From Rebecca billardiae RCC1528 (taxonomy: Eukaryota; Protista; Haptophyta): a DNA stretch of 64,000 bases. The DNA is taken from contig OZ251223.1 of NCBI GenBank assembly GCA_965240325.2, forward strand, positions 1,116,001 to 1,180,000, in the 5' to 3' direction. Positions 51,501-62,938 of this stretch are shown here, one piece after another. Under the pieces are notes generated by a model. That model was not told the origin of the DNA. It searched no databases and saw only the letters and a list, made by a program, of their open reading frames with translations. A program made the translations under genes and the position numbers. The number at the start of each line of letters is the position of its first letter. The first letter of the stretch is position 1.

Positions 51501-53248
51501 ACCGCGCCCAAGACGCCGCGCCAGAAGGCGGCGAGCGAATCGTAGGCGCGCGTTGCGTCCGAGGACAGCACGAGCTGCGTCGACGTGACGTCCACACCAC
51601 GGAAGCCCAGCGAGCGCGCGATGTAGGCGCCCTCGGACTTGAGCGAGACGGCGAGCATCTCGAGCGAGCCGGGCGACTCCTTCAGCACCGCGGCCACGTC
51701 GTTGAAGCTCTTGAAGGCACAGCGCACGCCCCACAGCCCGAGACGAGTCATGTAGCTCATGTCAGCAAACTGCGTCGCCGCGGTCGCCGAAACGTACACG
51801 ACGCGTGAGTTGGGGTGCTCGGCCTGCAGCTCGATTGCCGCGGCGCCGATGGAGCCGCTCTTCCCGGCTTTGGCCTTGTGCGCCTCGTCCATCGCGATCA
51901 GCCCGTCGAAGCCACGCCCGCCCAGCCATGCATGCAGCTGGTCGCGCCGCGCCGCGCTCGTGAGCTGCGAGTATGGGACGAGCAGACAGCCCTCCGTGAA
52001 CGCGCCGGCGATGGCGCCTCCCTGCGGCAGCTTGGAGAGCAACTTCACGGGCACGTCAGTGGCGCCAATGTCGCGCAGGTCGCGCTCCGCGTCGAGGAGC
52101 AGGTCTGCGCTGGCAGTGAGCCACACGCTGCGCTTGCGGCCGCGCAGCCAGTTCTCCCAGCACAGCGCCGCAATCTCGCGCCCCTTGCCGACGCCTGTGC
52201 CGTCGCCGATGAGGAAGCCGGCGCGCTCGTCAGAGGGCAGCATCTGCTCGTGCCGCTGGCAAGCGTACACGACGGCCTCAAGCTGCACGCGCGAGAGCAC
52301 GCCCGAGCTGCACGCCGCCTCAGGCAGCGCGAGCGAGTACGTGATGTCAGGTGGCTCGATAGTCGCGAGGGTGGCTGCCTCGACGACGTGGTCGTCGTGC
52401 ACCGGGCCGAACGGGAGCTTCCACGGCGAGTACTCGTGGAACGTGTCGTCGGTAGAGTCCCCAGCTGTCTCGGCCGTCGGCGCTTCGGCTTCGGCGGTGG
52501 AGTCGCGCTCGCGGCTGGCGGCGGCAAGGGCGTCACGCTGCGCAGCGGCGCCCGTTTGCGCGAGTTGTGCCAGCTCCGCAGCAGTCGCCAGCGGCGCGGC
52601 CGCAAATGCGTCGGTCGAGGGGGCTGGCGCGCCCGCTTCAGCTGGCTGCGCAGAGCCAGCGACCGTGGCCTCAGCCTCCTCGTCCGAGTCGTCGAGCCAA
52701 GCCATCGGCAGCGGCGCGGCCGGCGTTGCGCTGCATGCATGCGCGGTGATGATCGCACGCACGTTCGTCGAGCCCGGCGCTACGCTCGGCATGAGCGGCG
52801 AAACTTGAGCTTGTGCCACGCGCGCTGTCACGTACGCCGTATCAGCCGTCGCTCGCGCCATAGGCGTCACGGGAGCGCCCTCCTTGTCGCGGAAGCGCTT
52901 CCGCGCCGCGAGTTCCTGCCCCTTGCATTCGCCTATGAGCGCCGCAGCACCCTCAGCGCCCGACGGCGAGTCGAAGGGTGCGATCGTTTCAGCGACGAGC
53001 GCAGTCAGCTGTCTTGTAGTCTGATCTTGCTCCATCTCGAGCGGCAGCTCCGTGAGCGGTCGATCACGCTTGCGCGCGCTCAGCATCGCGGGCTCGTGCG
53101 CACGGTCCATAGACGGCATCTCACTCTCGATCACGTCCCTCGCGGCTCGCTCGAGCTCGAGAGCCGGCGTGGGCGGTGATCGCGCGTCCGATATCGCCAT
53201 GCCGCCATCTGCGCGCGGCGCAGCCTCCGAGCTGATCACCGTGCTCAT
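48552..53248 (-). CDS. Strawberry notch-like SF2 helicase-related protein with C-terminal extension
   Basis: [95 protein letters not shown]. Inferred introns near 49860-49718 and 48775-48642. Confidence 0.92.
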
Positions 53249-53490
53249 CTCGTCGTGCGCGGTCGTGAACAGGCCCGCACTCTCGGCTGTTCAAAGCAGG
53301 GTGCTCCCGCGCTGGGCGAGCGCGTGCACCGTCGCGCCAACTCAGGCTGAGGGGGAAGCGCGGAGCTGATGTCGCGCGCGAAATCGGTGGCTGGCTGGCT
53401 GCCCGCAAAAGCGCGCGAAAATCGCCTTATATTGGGGGTATCTTTTTTATTTCCTCGGAGTCCGGGACTCAGTCCCGCCTGGCATCAGCG

Positions 53491-56127
53491 ATGGGCGATG
53501 CCGGGGTCCGCCTGCTCCGGCGCGCGGCGGGGCGGGGCGACGCACGTGCGACGTTCCTGCTGGCGAGGCGCGCCGAATTGGGCGACGGCGTCGCGCAGGA
53601 CGTCGCCGAGGCGCATCGCCTCTATGTCCTCGCTGCGAATCGTGGGTTCGGGCAAGCGCAGCAACGGTTGGGCGAAATCTACGCGGCCGTGCTGAACTGG
53701 GCAGAGGCTACGCGCTGGTACCGACTGGCGGCCGAGCAGGGCGACGCGCAGGCGCAGAACAACCTGGGCTGGTGCTACGACCGAGGCGAGGGCGTGCCGC
53801 AGGACTTGACCGAGGCAGTGCGCTGGTACCGGCTGGCGGCCGAGCAGGGCTACGCAGCTGCGCAGAGCAACCTGGGCGTGTGCTACTATGATGGCAAGGG
53901 CGTGCCGCAGGACTGGGCCGAGGCGGTGCGCTTGTACCGGCTGCCGGCCGAGCAGGGCTACGCAGCTGCGCAGATCAACCTGGGCGTGTGCTACGAACAA
54001 GCCAAGGGCGTGATGCAGGACTGGGCCGAGGCAGTGCGCTTGTACCGGCTGGCGGCCGAGCAGGGCACTGCAGCTGCGCAGGCCCGCATGGGCGTGATGT
54101 TTGAACTAGGCAAGGGCGTGCCGCAGGACTGGGCCGAGGCGGCGCGCTGGTACCGGCTGGCGGCCGAGCAGGGCGATGCAGCTGCGCAGATCAGCCTGGG
54201 CGTGCGCTACCAACGAGGCGAGGGCGTGCCGCAGGACTTGACCGAGGCAGTGCGCTGGTACCGGCTGGCGGCCGAGCAGGGCTACGCAGCTGCGCAGAGC
54301 AACCTGGGCGTGTGCTACTATGATGGCAAGGGCGTGCCGCAGGACTGGGCCGAGGCGGTGCGCTGGTACCGCCTGGCGGCCGAGCAGGGCAATGCAGATG
54401 CGCAGATCAACCTGGGCGTGTGCTACGAACAAGCCAAGGGCGTGATGCAGGACTGGGCAGAGGCAGTGCGCTTGTACCGGCTGGCGGCCGAGCAGGGCAC
54501 TGCAGCTGCGCAGGCCCGCATGGGCGTGATGTTTGAACTAGGCAAGGGCGTGCCGCAGGACTGGGCCGATGCGGCGCGCTGGTACCGGCTGGCGGCCGAG
54601 CAGGGCGATGCAGCTGCGCAGATCAGCCTGGGCGTGCGCTACCAACGAGGCGAGGGCGTGCCGCAGGACTTGACCGAGGCAGTGCGCTTGTACCGGCTGG
54701 CGGCCGAGCAGGGCTACGCAGCTGCGCAGAGCAACCTGGGCGTGTGCTACTATGATGGCGAGGGCGTGCCGCAGGACTGGGCCGAGGCGGCGCGCTGGTA
54801 CCGGCTGGCGGCCGAGCAGGGCGATGCAGGTGCGCAGAGCAACCTGGGCACATGCTACAAACAAGGCAAGGGCGTGGCGCAGGACTGGGCCGAGGCGGTG
54901 CGCTGGTACCGGCTGGCGGCCGAGCAGGGCAATGCAGGTGCGCAGACCAACCTGGGCTGGTGCTACCAACGAGGCGAGGGCGTGCCGCAGGATATGGCTG
55001 AGGCGGTGCGCTTGATCCGGCTTGCGGTCGAGCAGGGAAATGCAGTTGCGCAGTGCAGCCTGGGCGCATGCTACGAACAAGGCGAGGGCGTGCCGCAGGG
55101 TATGGCCGAGGCGGTGCGCTTGTACCGGCTGGCGGCCGAGCAGGGCATTGCAGCTGCGCAGAGCAACCTGGGCGTGTGCTACTATGATGGCGAGGGCGTG
55201 CCGCAGGACTGGGCCGAGGCGGCGCGCTGGTACCGGCTGGCGGCCGAGCAGGGCGATGCAGGTGCGCAGAGCAACCTGGGCACATGCTACAAACAAGGCA
55301 AGGGCGTGGCGCAGGACTGGGCCGAGGCGGTGCGCTGGTACCGGCTGGCGGCCGAGCAGGGCAATGCAGGTGCGCAGACCAACCTGGGCTGGTGCTACCA
55401 ACGAGGCGAGGGCGTGCCGCAGGATATGGCTGAGGCGGTGCGCTTGATCCGGCTTGCGGTCGAGCAGGGAAATGCAGTTGCGCAGTGCAGCCTGGGCGCA
55501 TGCTACGAACAAGGCGAGGGCGTGCCGCAGGGTATGGCCGAGGCGGTGCGCTTGTACCGGCTGGCGGCCGAGCAGGGCATTGCAGATGCGCAGATCAACC
55601 TGGGCAGGTGCTACGACCGAGGCGAGGGCGTGCCGCAGGATATGGCCGAGGCGGTGCGCTTGTACCGGCTGGCGGCCGAGCAGGGCGACGGAGGTGGGCA
55701 GTACACCCTGGGCGTGTGCTACGAACGAGGCGAGGGCGTGCCGCAGGATATGGCCGAGGCGGTGCGCTCGTACCGGCTGGCCATCGACGGCGGCCAGCCA
55801 GAAGCCCACTTGGCATTGGCGCGCCTGCTGCTTGCAGGCGGGGCCGTGCAGCGCGACGTAGCGGAGGGAGTGCGGCTGCTGCGCCGCGGGCACGAGCTTG
55901 ACGGCTCCGTGGTGGATCCGAGCGAGGTGCTCGGCGACTATGCCGGAGATCGCGAGGTGGCCGCTGCGTGCTGCATGGTGTGCGCCAAGTCGGGCCGTGG
56001 CGTGAAGAAGTGCGAGCGGTGCCTCGTGGCGGTCTTCTGCTGCCGCGAGCACCTGCGGAGCGCGTGGAACACGCACAAGCCCCACTGCACGGAGTGGCGC
56101 GCCGCCGCGGCGGCGTTGACTCCGTGA
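53491..56127 (+). CDS. Sel1-like repeat protein with C-terminal MYND zinc finger, copy 1 (19 core repeats)
   Basis: 36-aa repeats AQxNLGxCYxxGxGVPQDxAEAVRWYRLAAEQG; C-terminal CMVC..KKCERC..FCCREHLRSAWNTHKPHC. Intronless. Confidence 0.95.
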   Translation: MGDAGVRLLRRAAGRGDARATFLLARRAELGDGVAQDVAEAHRLYVLAANRGFGQAQQRLGEIYAAVLNWAEATRWYRLAAEQGDAQAQNNLGWCYDRGEGVPQDLTEAVRWYRLAAEQGYAAAQSNLGVCYYDGKGVPQDWAEAVRLYRLPAEQGYAAAQINLGVCYEQAKGVMQDWAEAVRLYRLAAEQGTAAAQARMGVMFELGKGVPQDWAEAARWYRLAAEQGDAAAQISLGVRYQRGEGVPQDLTEAVRWYRLAAEQGYAAAQSNLGVCYYDGKGVPQDWAEAVRWYRLAAEQGNADAQINLGVCYEQAKGVMQDWAEAVRLYRLAAEQGTAAAQARMGVMFELGKGVPQDWADAARWYRLAAEQGDAAAQISLGVRYQRGEGVPQDLTEAVRLYRLAAEQGYAAAQSNLGVCYYDGEGVPQDWAEAARWYRLAAEQGDAGAQSNLGTCYKQGKGVAQDWAEAVRWYRLAAEQGNAGAQTNLGWCYQRGEGVPQDMAEAVRLIRLAVEQGNAVAQCSLGACYEQGEGVPQGMAEAVRLYRLAAEQGIAAAQSNLGVCYYDGEGVPQDWAEAARWYRLAAEQGDAGAQSNLGTCYKQGKGVAQDWAEAVRWYRLAAEQGNAGAQTNLGWCYQRGEGVPQDMAEAVRLIRLAVEQGNAVAQCSLGACYEQGEGVPQGMAEAVRLYRLAAEQGIADAQINLGRCYDRGEGVPQDMAEAVRLYRLAAEQGDGGGQYTLGVCYERGEGVPQDMAEAVRSYRLAIDGGQPEAHLALARLLLAGGAVQRDVAEGVRLLRRGHELDGSVVDPSEVLGDYAGDREVAAACCMVCAKSGRGVKKCERCLVAVFCCREHLRSAWNTHKPHCTEWRAAAAALTP

Positions 56128-56862
56128 CTCTGACTGCTGCCAATCATCAGCAGACTGATTCTGACTAGTGACTCTGAGACGGCAGTGTCGGAGTGAGTGA
56201 CCGCACGACGACGACGGGGCCGCCAGAGCCCAGAAGTGATGCGAGTATAAGATTTTTTGACGCGAGTATTATAGTATATAGCAGATAGAATAATACAATA
56301 AGCTGCTACGTACGGGCGATCGACGAACCGTAGTTCGTCGATCTGCGTATATAATCGATCTGCGTTGACTGGTTCACTGAAATCACTCAGACTGAGACTA
56401 GCTACTCAGTGAGTTCTCAGAGTCTGAGACGAGAGTAGCAGCAGGCAGAGTATAGATAGGGCGAGTAGCTCTCTTACGGTTCTTAGATGAGCCAGAGAGA
56501 GATCGAGACATTGTCATCGAGAGATGACGCCGAGACAGCCTGGTGATTATCACTCATCACTGCCGCCGACTGCGCCCCGCGTCTCGTTGACGTCTGACTA
56601 TAGTCTGTAGTCAGTGATGAGTAAGAGTTTCAACTGACTATAGTACAGCAGTAACGTACGACTACCATTCACATACAGACACATTGAGTGAGTATAGACT
56701 ATAGTCAGTGAGGTCGACGGTTACTCTGAGCCGAGTCAATACGGCTATATAATAGTCGCGTAGTACACACACACACACACACACTGACACACGGCACACA
56801 CACACTACACAGTGAGTCACACACACACACACCGACACACACTGTGACACTTAATTCACACA

Positions 56863-59436
56863 CTCCACCCAATCCTCGCCATCTGCCGGCACTTCCTGTA
56901 CCTGGCATGCTAATGGTGGCCACGGACGGCTCATTCGATGCAGAGAACGGACAGGCTGCATGTGCCTTTTCCTTCTTCAGTGGCAACAATTACACTGCCC
57001 CTGTGCATGTGTATTGCTCCAAGTTCGAGGGGCACCAGGCACCAGGCCCAGCCGAATTCATGGCCATCACCGATGCATTGGTGCAGATAGACCCCACCGC
57101 CAACCTGCTGGTGTGCACTGACCTGCAGGATATGGTAAAGGCAGCCGAAATGTGGCAAAACGACCCCTGGGACCGACGGCTGCGGCAGGGGCACCACGCG
57201 TACGCACCATACATCGCCAGGGTCATGAGCCTGGTGGGCTGGCGCCGCTTGATGCATGGCAGCACCACTTCATTTGAGCATGTCAAGGCGCACTCTGCTG
57301 ACGATGCGGCAGCGCTACACCTCAGCCTCACGCACACTCAGGGGGACCATCACTGCACTGTCAGCCAACACAGTGTGGCGGCTTTGCGCCAAGCAGGGAT
57401 GAACCCCAAAACCCTGCTCAACGCATGCAGCGATGCTGGGGCCAAGCTATGCTGCTCTGGCCCCACAACCCCCTGTGTGACTCACAAGAGAGGTGGCCAC
57501 CCAAATGCGGGTTCTCATGCGCTGGTACAGCTGGCCAACGGAGAGCCAGTGGCAGGCAGAATCAAGCCCCTTGTGTATGACAGTGTGCTGTCACAAAGGG
57601 CAACGCACCTGCAAGCCACCAAGTCCAGCTGTGACTTGGTGGGTAAATGGACTGGCGTGTGGCCAGAGGCCTCCACTGGCATCCTACGGACCTGGCAGGC
57701 CAGCACTGTGCCTGCCTACTACATACTCCACCACGGATATGAGTTCCTGCAGCCGGCTGCCCTGCGAGACCCGACGTTGTTATCTGTGCGATTCCAGTCC
57801 GGGGCTGCATTTAGCGATGCCTGCCCCCTCTGTGATCATACTCCACTGCTACATCCAGCGCCAGATACTGAACACCACCTCTTCTCCGAGTGCCCTGAGG
57901 TCGATGCCTACCGCGAGGCTGCTGCCAGAAGCATATCGCATATAATTGAGCCCTTCATGCAGGGACAGGCTGCAGCATGGAACTTGGCGCGACATGTGTG
58001 CTCTGGGGCTGCCCTCTTGGGCAGGGTGCCCAGCACACTGAAGACCACTGTGGGGGGCAACGTGCATCTCGGCAGGACCATGCACGTGGCCTTACTGAAG
58101 GCAGGGCTAGGCATCATGCAGGCCCGCAAGGACGTGGACTCCCAGCTGTCAAAGGCAGGGCGTCTCCTCCGACATGCCAGGGAGCTTCGGCCGCCGCCTG
58201 GGCACGACCAGGGGGGGCAGCCCCCGCCCCCACAGGCACAGGCAGGCCCAGGAGGGGCGATTGCCATGAATAATCAGTTACAGGGACCACCTGTCATCCA
58301 GCAGCAACCCCCTGCCCAGGCTGGCCAGGGCTGGCAGGCAGGCGCGGGGCAAGCCAACCTGCACCAGCCAATAGCGCGCGGTCACCACGTGCGCCCTCAG
58401 CTACTCTTGCGGGCATGGCCTCTACAGCGTGCTCGCCCCCTCCCTATGGTGATTGCGTGGCCTCTGCAGCCTGCCACACCTCTTGTGGCATGGCCGCTCC
58501 AATATGTTACCCCACTGGCTCGCCGCGATGTGCATCCGTCGGACAATGTGTTGACACATGGGGGCACTGAGATTGAGGCAGACCCTGCTGCGGGCAGTCA
58601 CACTGGTCACGGAGCTCACAACTGCATTACACAATCAGACACTGGACAGCAGGCCACACAGCCACCTGCTGGCTCTGCCAAGACACTGGCAGCCCCCAGG
58701 CGCAGGCTGCCTCCTCCTAGTCAAGCTCAGCAAGACAGCCCCCCGCCCAAACGACACTGCCCACCCCGCCAGGCAAATGTGCCTATCCTAACACCAACTG
58801 GCAGGCAGGCTCAGCCTGCGCAGCGAAGTATGCAACCCCCTGCAAAGAGCAGCAGAAAGAGGCGCGCAAACGACACCTCCCCAGGCGTATTAGCCATCGC
58901 CACCACTCTGCTTGCGTCCTACAGCGGCCCACGCCCTGACTTGATGCCCAATATCGCACACATGTCTGACATGACACCATCTGCCTCCATAGCAGCACGA
59001 GTGAAATACAGGCGCCTCACTGCCAGGACCAGTGGCCCAGACCCCGGCCCAGCTACTGGGCTCGCTGACAGCCCCCTCCGTCCCCTCCCCCGCGCAGGGA
59101 TCGGCTAGTGGCTGGCCCTCTGCCCACACTGGGGCACTCTAGGGGGTGCCCAGTCTGCCGACTCGGCTCAAACTCGATGATCTCGAATTGCAAGGCAGTG
59201 CACTGCTGGTACCTGGGACCACCCCACAGTGTTGGGCTTGTATGCTGTCGGCAATGGCATACCCCCGCCCCCTCTGGAGGCGGGCTGTCCACAGCGGAGT
59301 GGTGTCAAGGCACTTGGTGTATCGGTCAGTGGTTTGAGGTTGGGTGAGGGTGGTGGTTGGTTGGGGGCTGGCCAGGGTAGGGCTGGAGGCTTCGGCCGCC
59401 AGTCTGATCACCCGGAGCCCGTTATAAAGGGGAATA

Positions 59437-59437
<1 letters not shown>
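56863..59437 (+). mobile_element. 5'-truncated non-LTR retrotransposon (RNase H + CCHC zinc knuckle) between CA/TA microsatellites
   Basis: ORF to 59108: VATDGS, AEFMAI, VCTDLQ, FEHVKAHS, NACSDAGAK (RNase HI motifs); CPLC..EHHLFSEC. ~330-bp 3' UTR then (TA)n(CA)n. CA-rich 5' flank. No RT present. Confidence 0.8.
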
Positions 59438-59555
<118 letters not shown>

Positions 59556-59698
59556 TCACAGCTAGCGCGCATGATAGTGAGATATTTATTGTCATCCGAA
59601 TACGTGACCCGCCGGTCCCGGACACCGTATAGTCTGTAATCTCTGACTCAGACCCGCGCGCGGCATCGCCACCCGCGCTGCCCGCCCACGCCCCCGAA

Positions 59699-60964
59699 TC
59701 ACCGCACTGCAGCAGTAGCGGCAGCAGCGTCGGCAGACTCATTGAAGGAGGCCCTGGCCGCGGCCAACGCTCGCGCGCCGGGCGTGCTGGCAGCCTGCTT
59801 TCTGGGCGTGGACGCGCCAGCGCCACCTTGCAACTGCGGGAGTGTTGCGCGCGAGACCGGAGCCTCGGACCCGGCCCGTGTGCAGCTCCGCGAGCCAGAC
59901 CCCGCGCCCCCGACGGCGATGAGGACGCCCTGGAAGACGACGCAGCAGGCCAGCGCGAGCATCACGCGCGCGCACACCCACAGCTGCCGCTCGAGCGTGC
60001 GCGGCGCCACCGGGCCGAGCAGCCCGGCGTAGACCGCCTCCTCCCGCGCCATCTGCGCGCCGATCTCGGCGAGCTCCTCGCGCAGCGCGGCGATGCGCGT
60101 GCGCGCATCCGCCAGCCGCGCGCTCTCCGAGCCCACGCTCGCCCTCAGCTTCGAGTCCTCCGCGCCCGCCCGCTTGAGCTCGAGCTGGGTGTCGCGCAGC
60201 TCCCGCTGGAGGCGCTCGCCCTCGCGCTGCGCCGTCGAGTGCGCGTCGCGCGCTGAGATCAGATCTGCATCGAGCTTGCGCGTGCTTGTCTCGGCCGCGC
60301 TCACCGCGTCGTGGGCTCGATCCAGCTCTGCGGACAGCGCCTTGACCGCAGCCACGCGCTCGCGCTCCTGCTGCCGCGCGCTGCGCAGCTTGGCGCCGAT
60401 CTGCTCGGCCTCGCGAGAGGCCTGCTGCTCGGCCGCGCGCAGCTGCTCGAGCTCTGCGGCTCCGGCGAGCGCCGACGCCTGGGCGGCGGTCCGCTGCGCG
60501 TTGAGGAGGTCTCGCTCCACGGCGAGCGCACGGATGCGCTCTTCGGCGGCGACGAGGGTCACATTCAGCCGCACGACCTCCGCGCCGCTCTCGTTGGCCG
60601 CTCGGAGTGCAGTGTGCGCCGCCCGCGAGAGGTGCTCCTGCTCGCGTACCGAGGCGGCCGCGGCGGTCTCGAGGAGGTCGGCCTCCTTGCGCAGCCGCGC
60701 GACCTCGGCAGCGACCGCGTTTTCTTCCTCGCGCGCCGCTCGCGCACGCTCGCGCAGGCCGACGAGCTCAGCACGCGCCACTTTGGAGCGCGCCTCCATC
60801 TCCTGCAGCTCGGCCGCATCGCGCTCGACCGCCCGCGCCAGATCGGCGCCAGCGAGCAGCCACGGCGGTGGATTCGGCAGGAGCTCGTGCGTGAGGGCCA
60901 CGCCGACCGCAATGGCCACCGTCGCTGTGATCATCGCGCACGCAGCCGCGCCGGAGGGCGCCAT
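59699..60964 (-). CDS. Coiled-coil protein with hydrophobic segments near both termini; function unknown
   Basis: MITATVAIAVGVAL, ~270 aa of E/R/A/L heptads, then LWVCARVMLALACCVVFQGVLIAVGG. Confidence 0.7.
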   Translation of the reverse strand: MAPSGAAACAMITATVAIAVGVALTHELLPNPPPWLLAGADLARAVERDAAELQEMEARSKVARAELVGLRERARAAREEENAVAAEVARLRKEADLLETAAAASVREQEHLSRAAHTALRAANESGAEVVRLNVTLVAAEERIRALAVERDLLNAQRTAAQASALAGAAELEQLRAAEQQASREAEQIGAKLRSARQQERERVAAVKALSAELDRAHDAVSAAETSTRKLDADLISARDAHSTAQREGERLQRELRDTQLELKRAGAEDSKLRASVGSESARLADARTRIAALREELAEIGAQMAREEAVYAGLLGPVAPRTLERQLWVCARVMLALACCVVFQGVLIAVGGAGSGSRSCTRAGSEAPVSRATLPQLQGGAGASTPRKQAASTPGARALAAARASFNESADAAAATAAVR

Positions 60965-61203
60965 CGCCTTGTGTCGCCGCGCCCGCTTGTGGTCGGGGTG
61001 TTTTGAATGGCGGCCGAGGCGGCCATCAAACTCACGGTCGTCATCTTTTTGAAGCGCGCGCAGTATTTTGAATTCTTTTCTCGGATGAGACCTGCGCCGT
61101 CCTACCTGTGTCGTTAAATCATAGAATGAGTCCGGAGGCCGGACTCGACTCGACTCCGCTGCCGCCTGCCTGGCAAATTTGAAATTGGCATCAGCGATAC
61201 AGC

Positions 61204-62688
61204 ATGGCGGGCGATGCCGGGGTCCGCCTGCTCCGGCGCGCGGCTGGGCGGGGCGACGCACGCGCGACGTTCCTACTGGCGAGGCGCACCGAAGCGGGCG
61301 ACGGCGTCACGCAGGATGTCGACGAGGCGGTGCGCCTCTATGTCCTCGCTGCGAATCGTGGGTTTGCGCAAGCGCAGCAACACTTGGGCGAGATCTGCGC
61401 GGCCACGCAGAATTGGGCCGAGTGTGCGCGCTGGCTCCGGCTGGCGGCCGAGCAGGGCGAATCGACTGCTCAAGCCCGCATGGGCGCGCTGTATGCAGAA
61501 GGCAAGGGCGTGCCGCAGGACTGGGCCGAGGCGGCGCGCTGGTACCGGCTGGCGGCCGAGCAGGGCAATGCAGGTGCGCAGATCAACCTGGGCTTGTGCC
61601 ACGACGAAGGCAAGGGCGTGCACCAGGACAGGGCCGAGGCAGTGCGCTGGTACCGGCTGGCGGCCGAGCAGGGCACTGCAGCTGCGCAGAGGAACCTGGG
61701 CGTGTGCTACGCACGAGGCGAGGGCGTGCCGCAGGACTGGGCCGAGGCGGTGCGCTTGTACCGGCTGGCAGCCGAGCAGGGCAATGCAGGTGCGCAGACC
61801 AACCTGGGCTGGTGCTACAACGAAGGCGATGGCGTACTGCAGGATATGACGGAGGCGGTGCGCTTGTACCGGCTGGCGGCCGAGCAGGGCTACGCATCTG
61901 CGCAGACCAGCCTGGGCACGTGCTACGCACGAGGCGAGGGCGTGCAGCAGGATATGGCGGAGGCGGTGCGCTGGTTCCGGCTGGCGGCCGTGCAGGGCTA
62001 CGCAACTGCGCAGAGCAACCTGGGCGAGTGCTACGATCAAGGCAAGGGCGTGCACCAGGACTCGGCCGAGGCATTGCGCTGGTACCGGCTGGCGGCCGAG
62101 CAGGGCTACGCAGATGCGCAGAACAACCTGGGCGTGTGCTACGAACGAGGCGAGGGCGTGGCGCAGGACTTGGCCGAGGCTGTGCGCTTGTACCGGCTGG
62201 CGGCCGAGCAGGGCAATGCAGCTGCGCAGTTTGCCCTGGGCGCGTACTACCAACGAGGTGAGGGCGTGCCGCAGGATATGGCCGAGGCGGTGCGCTCGTA
62301 CCGGCTGGCCATCGACGGCGGCCAGCCAGAAGCCCACTTGGCATTGGCGCGCCTGCTGCTTGCAGGCGGGGCCGTGCAGCGCGACGTGGCGGAAGGAGTG
62401 CGGCTGCTGCGCCGCGGGCACGAGCTTGACGGCTCCGTGGTGGATCCGAGCAAGGTGCTCGGCGACTATGCAGGAGATCGCGAGGTGGCCGCTGCGTGCT
62501 GCATGGTGTGCGCCAAGTCGGGCCGTGGCGTGAAGAAGTGCGAGCGGTGCCTTGTGGCGGTCTTCTGCTGCCGCGAGCACCTGCGGAGCGCGTGGAAAAC
62601 GCACAAGCCACACTGCACGGAGTGGCGCGCCGCCGCGGCGGCGGTGACTCTGACTGCTGCCAATCACGCAGAGTCTGAGACGGCATAG
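61204..62688 (+). CDS. Sel1-like repeat + MYND protein, copy 2 (8 core repeats)
   Basis: N-cap and C-terminal ~120 aa are nearly identical to copy 1; the repeat array is shorter and different. Confidence 0.95.
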   Translation: MAGDAGVRLLRRAAGRGDARATFLLARRTEAGDGVTQDVDEAVRLYVLAANRGFAQAQQHLGEICAATQNWAECARWLRLAAEQGESTAQARMGALYAEGKGVPQDWAEAARWYRLAAEQGNAGAQINLGLCHDEGKGVHQDRAEAVRWYRLAAEQGTAAAQRNLGVCYARGEGVPQDWAEAVRLYRLAAEQGNAGAQTNLGWCYNEGDGVLQDMTEAVRLYRLAAEQGYASAQTSLGTCYARGEGVQQDMAEAVRWFRLAAVQGYATAQSNLGECYDQGKGVHQDSAEALRWYRLAAEQGYADAQNNLGVCYERGEGVAQDLAEAVRLYRLAAEQGNAAAQFALGAYYQRGEGVPQDMAEAVRSYRLAIDGGQPEAHLALARLLLAGGAVQRDVAEGVRLLRRGHELDGSVVDPSKVLGDYAGDREVAAACCMVCAKSGRGVKKCERCLVAVFCCREHLRSAWKTHKPHCTEWRAAAAAVTLTAANHAESETA

Positions 62689-62938
62689 TGTAACCACGAC
62701 GACGACGTCGGGGCCACCGGAAGTGAGTACTGGCGGGGACCGTTGAGCATGCATGCAGTGTCATCGCCAGACGGAGGCATAATATGGGCGGATAATATGG
62801 CGCACCGGCCCAGCCCCCTGACTCCTCAACTTAGGCCCTGATAGAGCGTGAGCAAAAGCCGGGCCGGGCCGGCGCACGTCTGCCCGTCGCGATGCAAGCA
62901 GGGCCGTGCTGCTGTCAGAGTCGATCGATGAGGCATCG

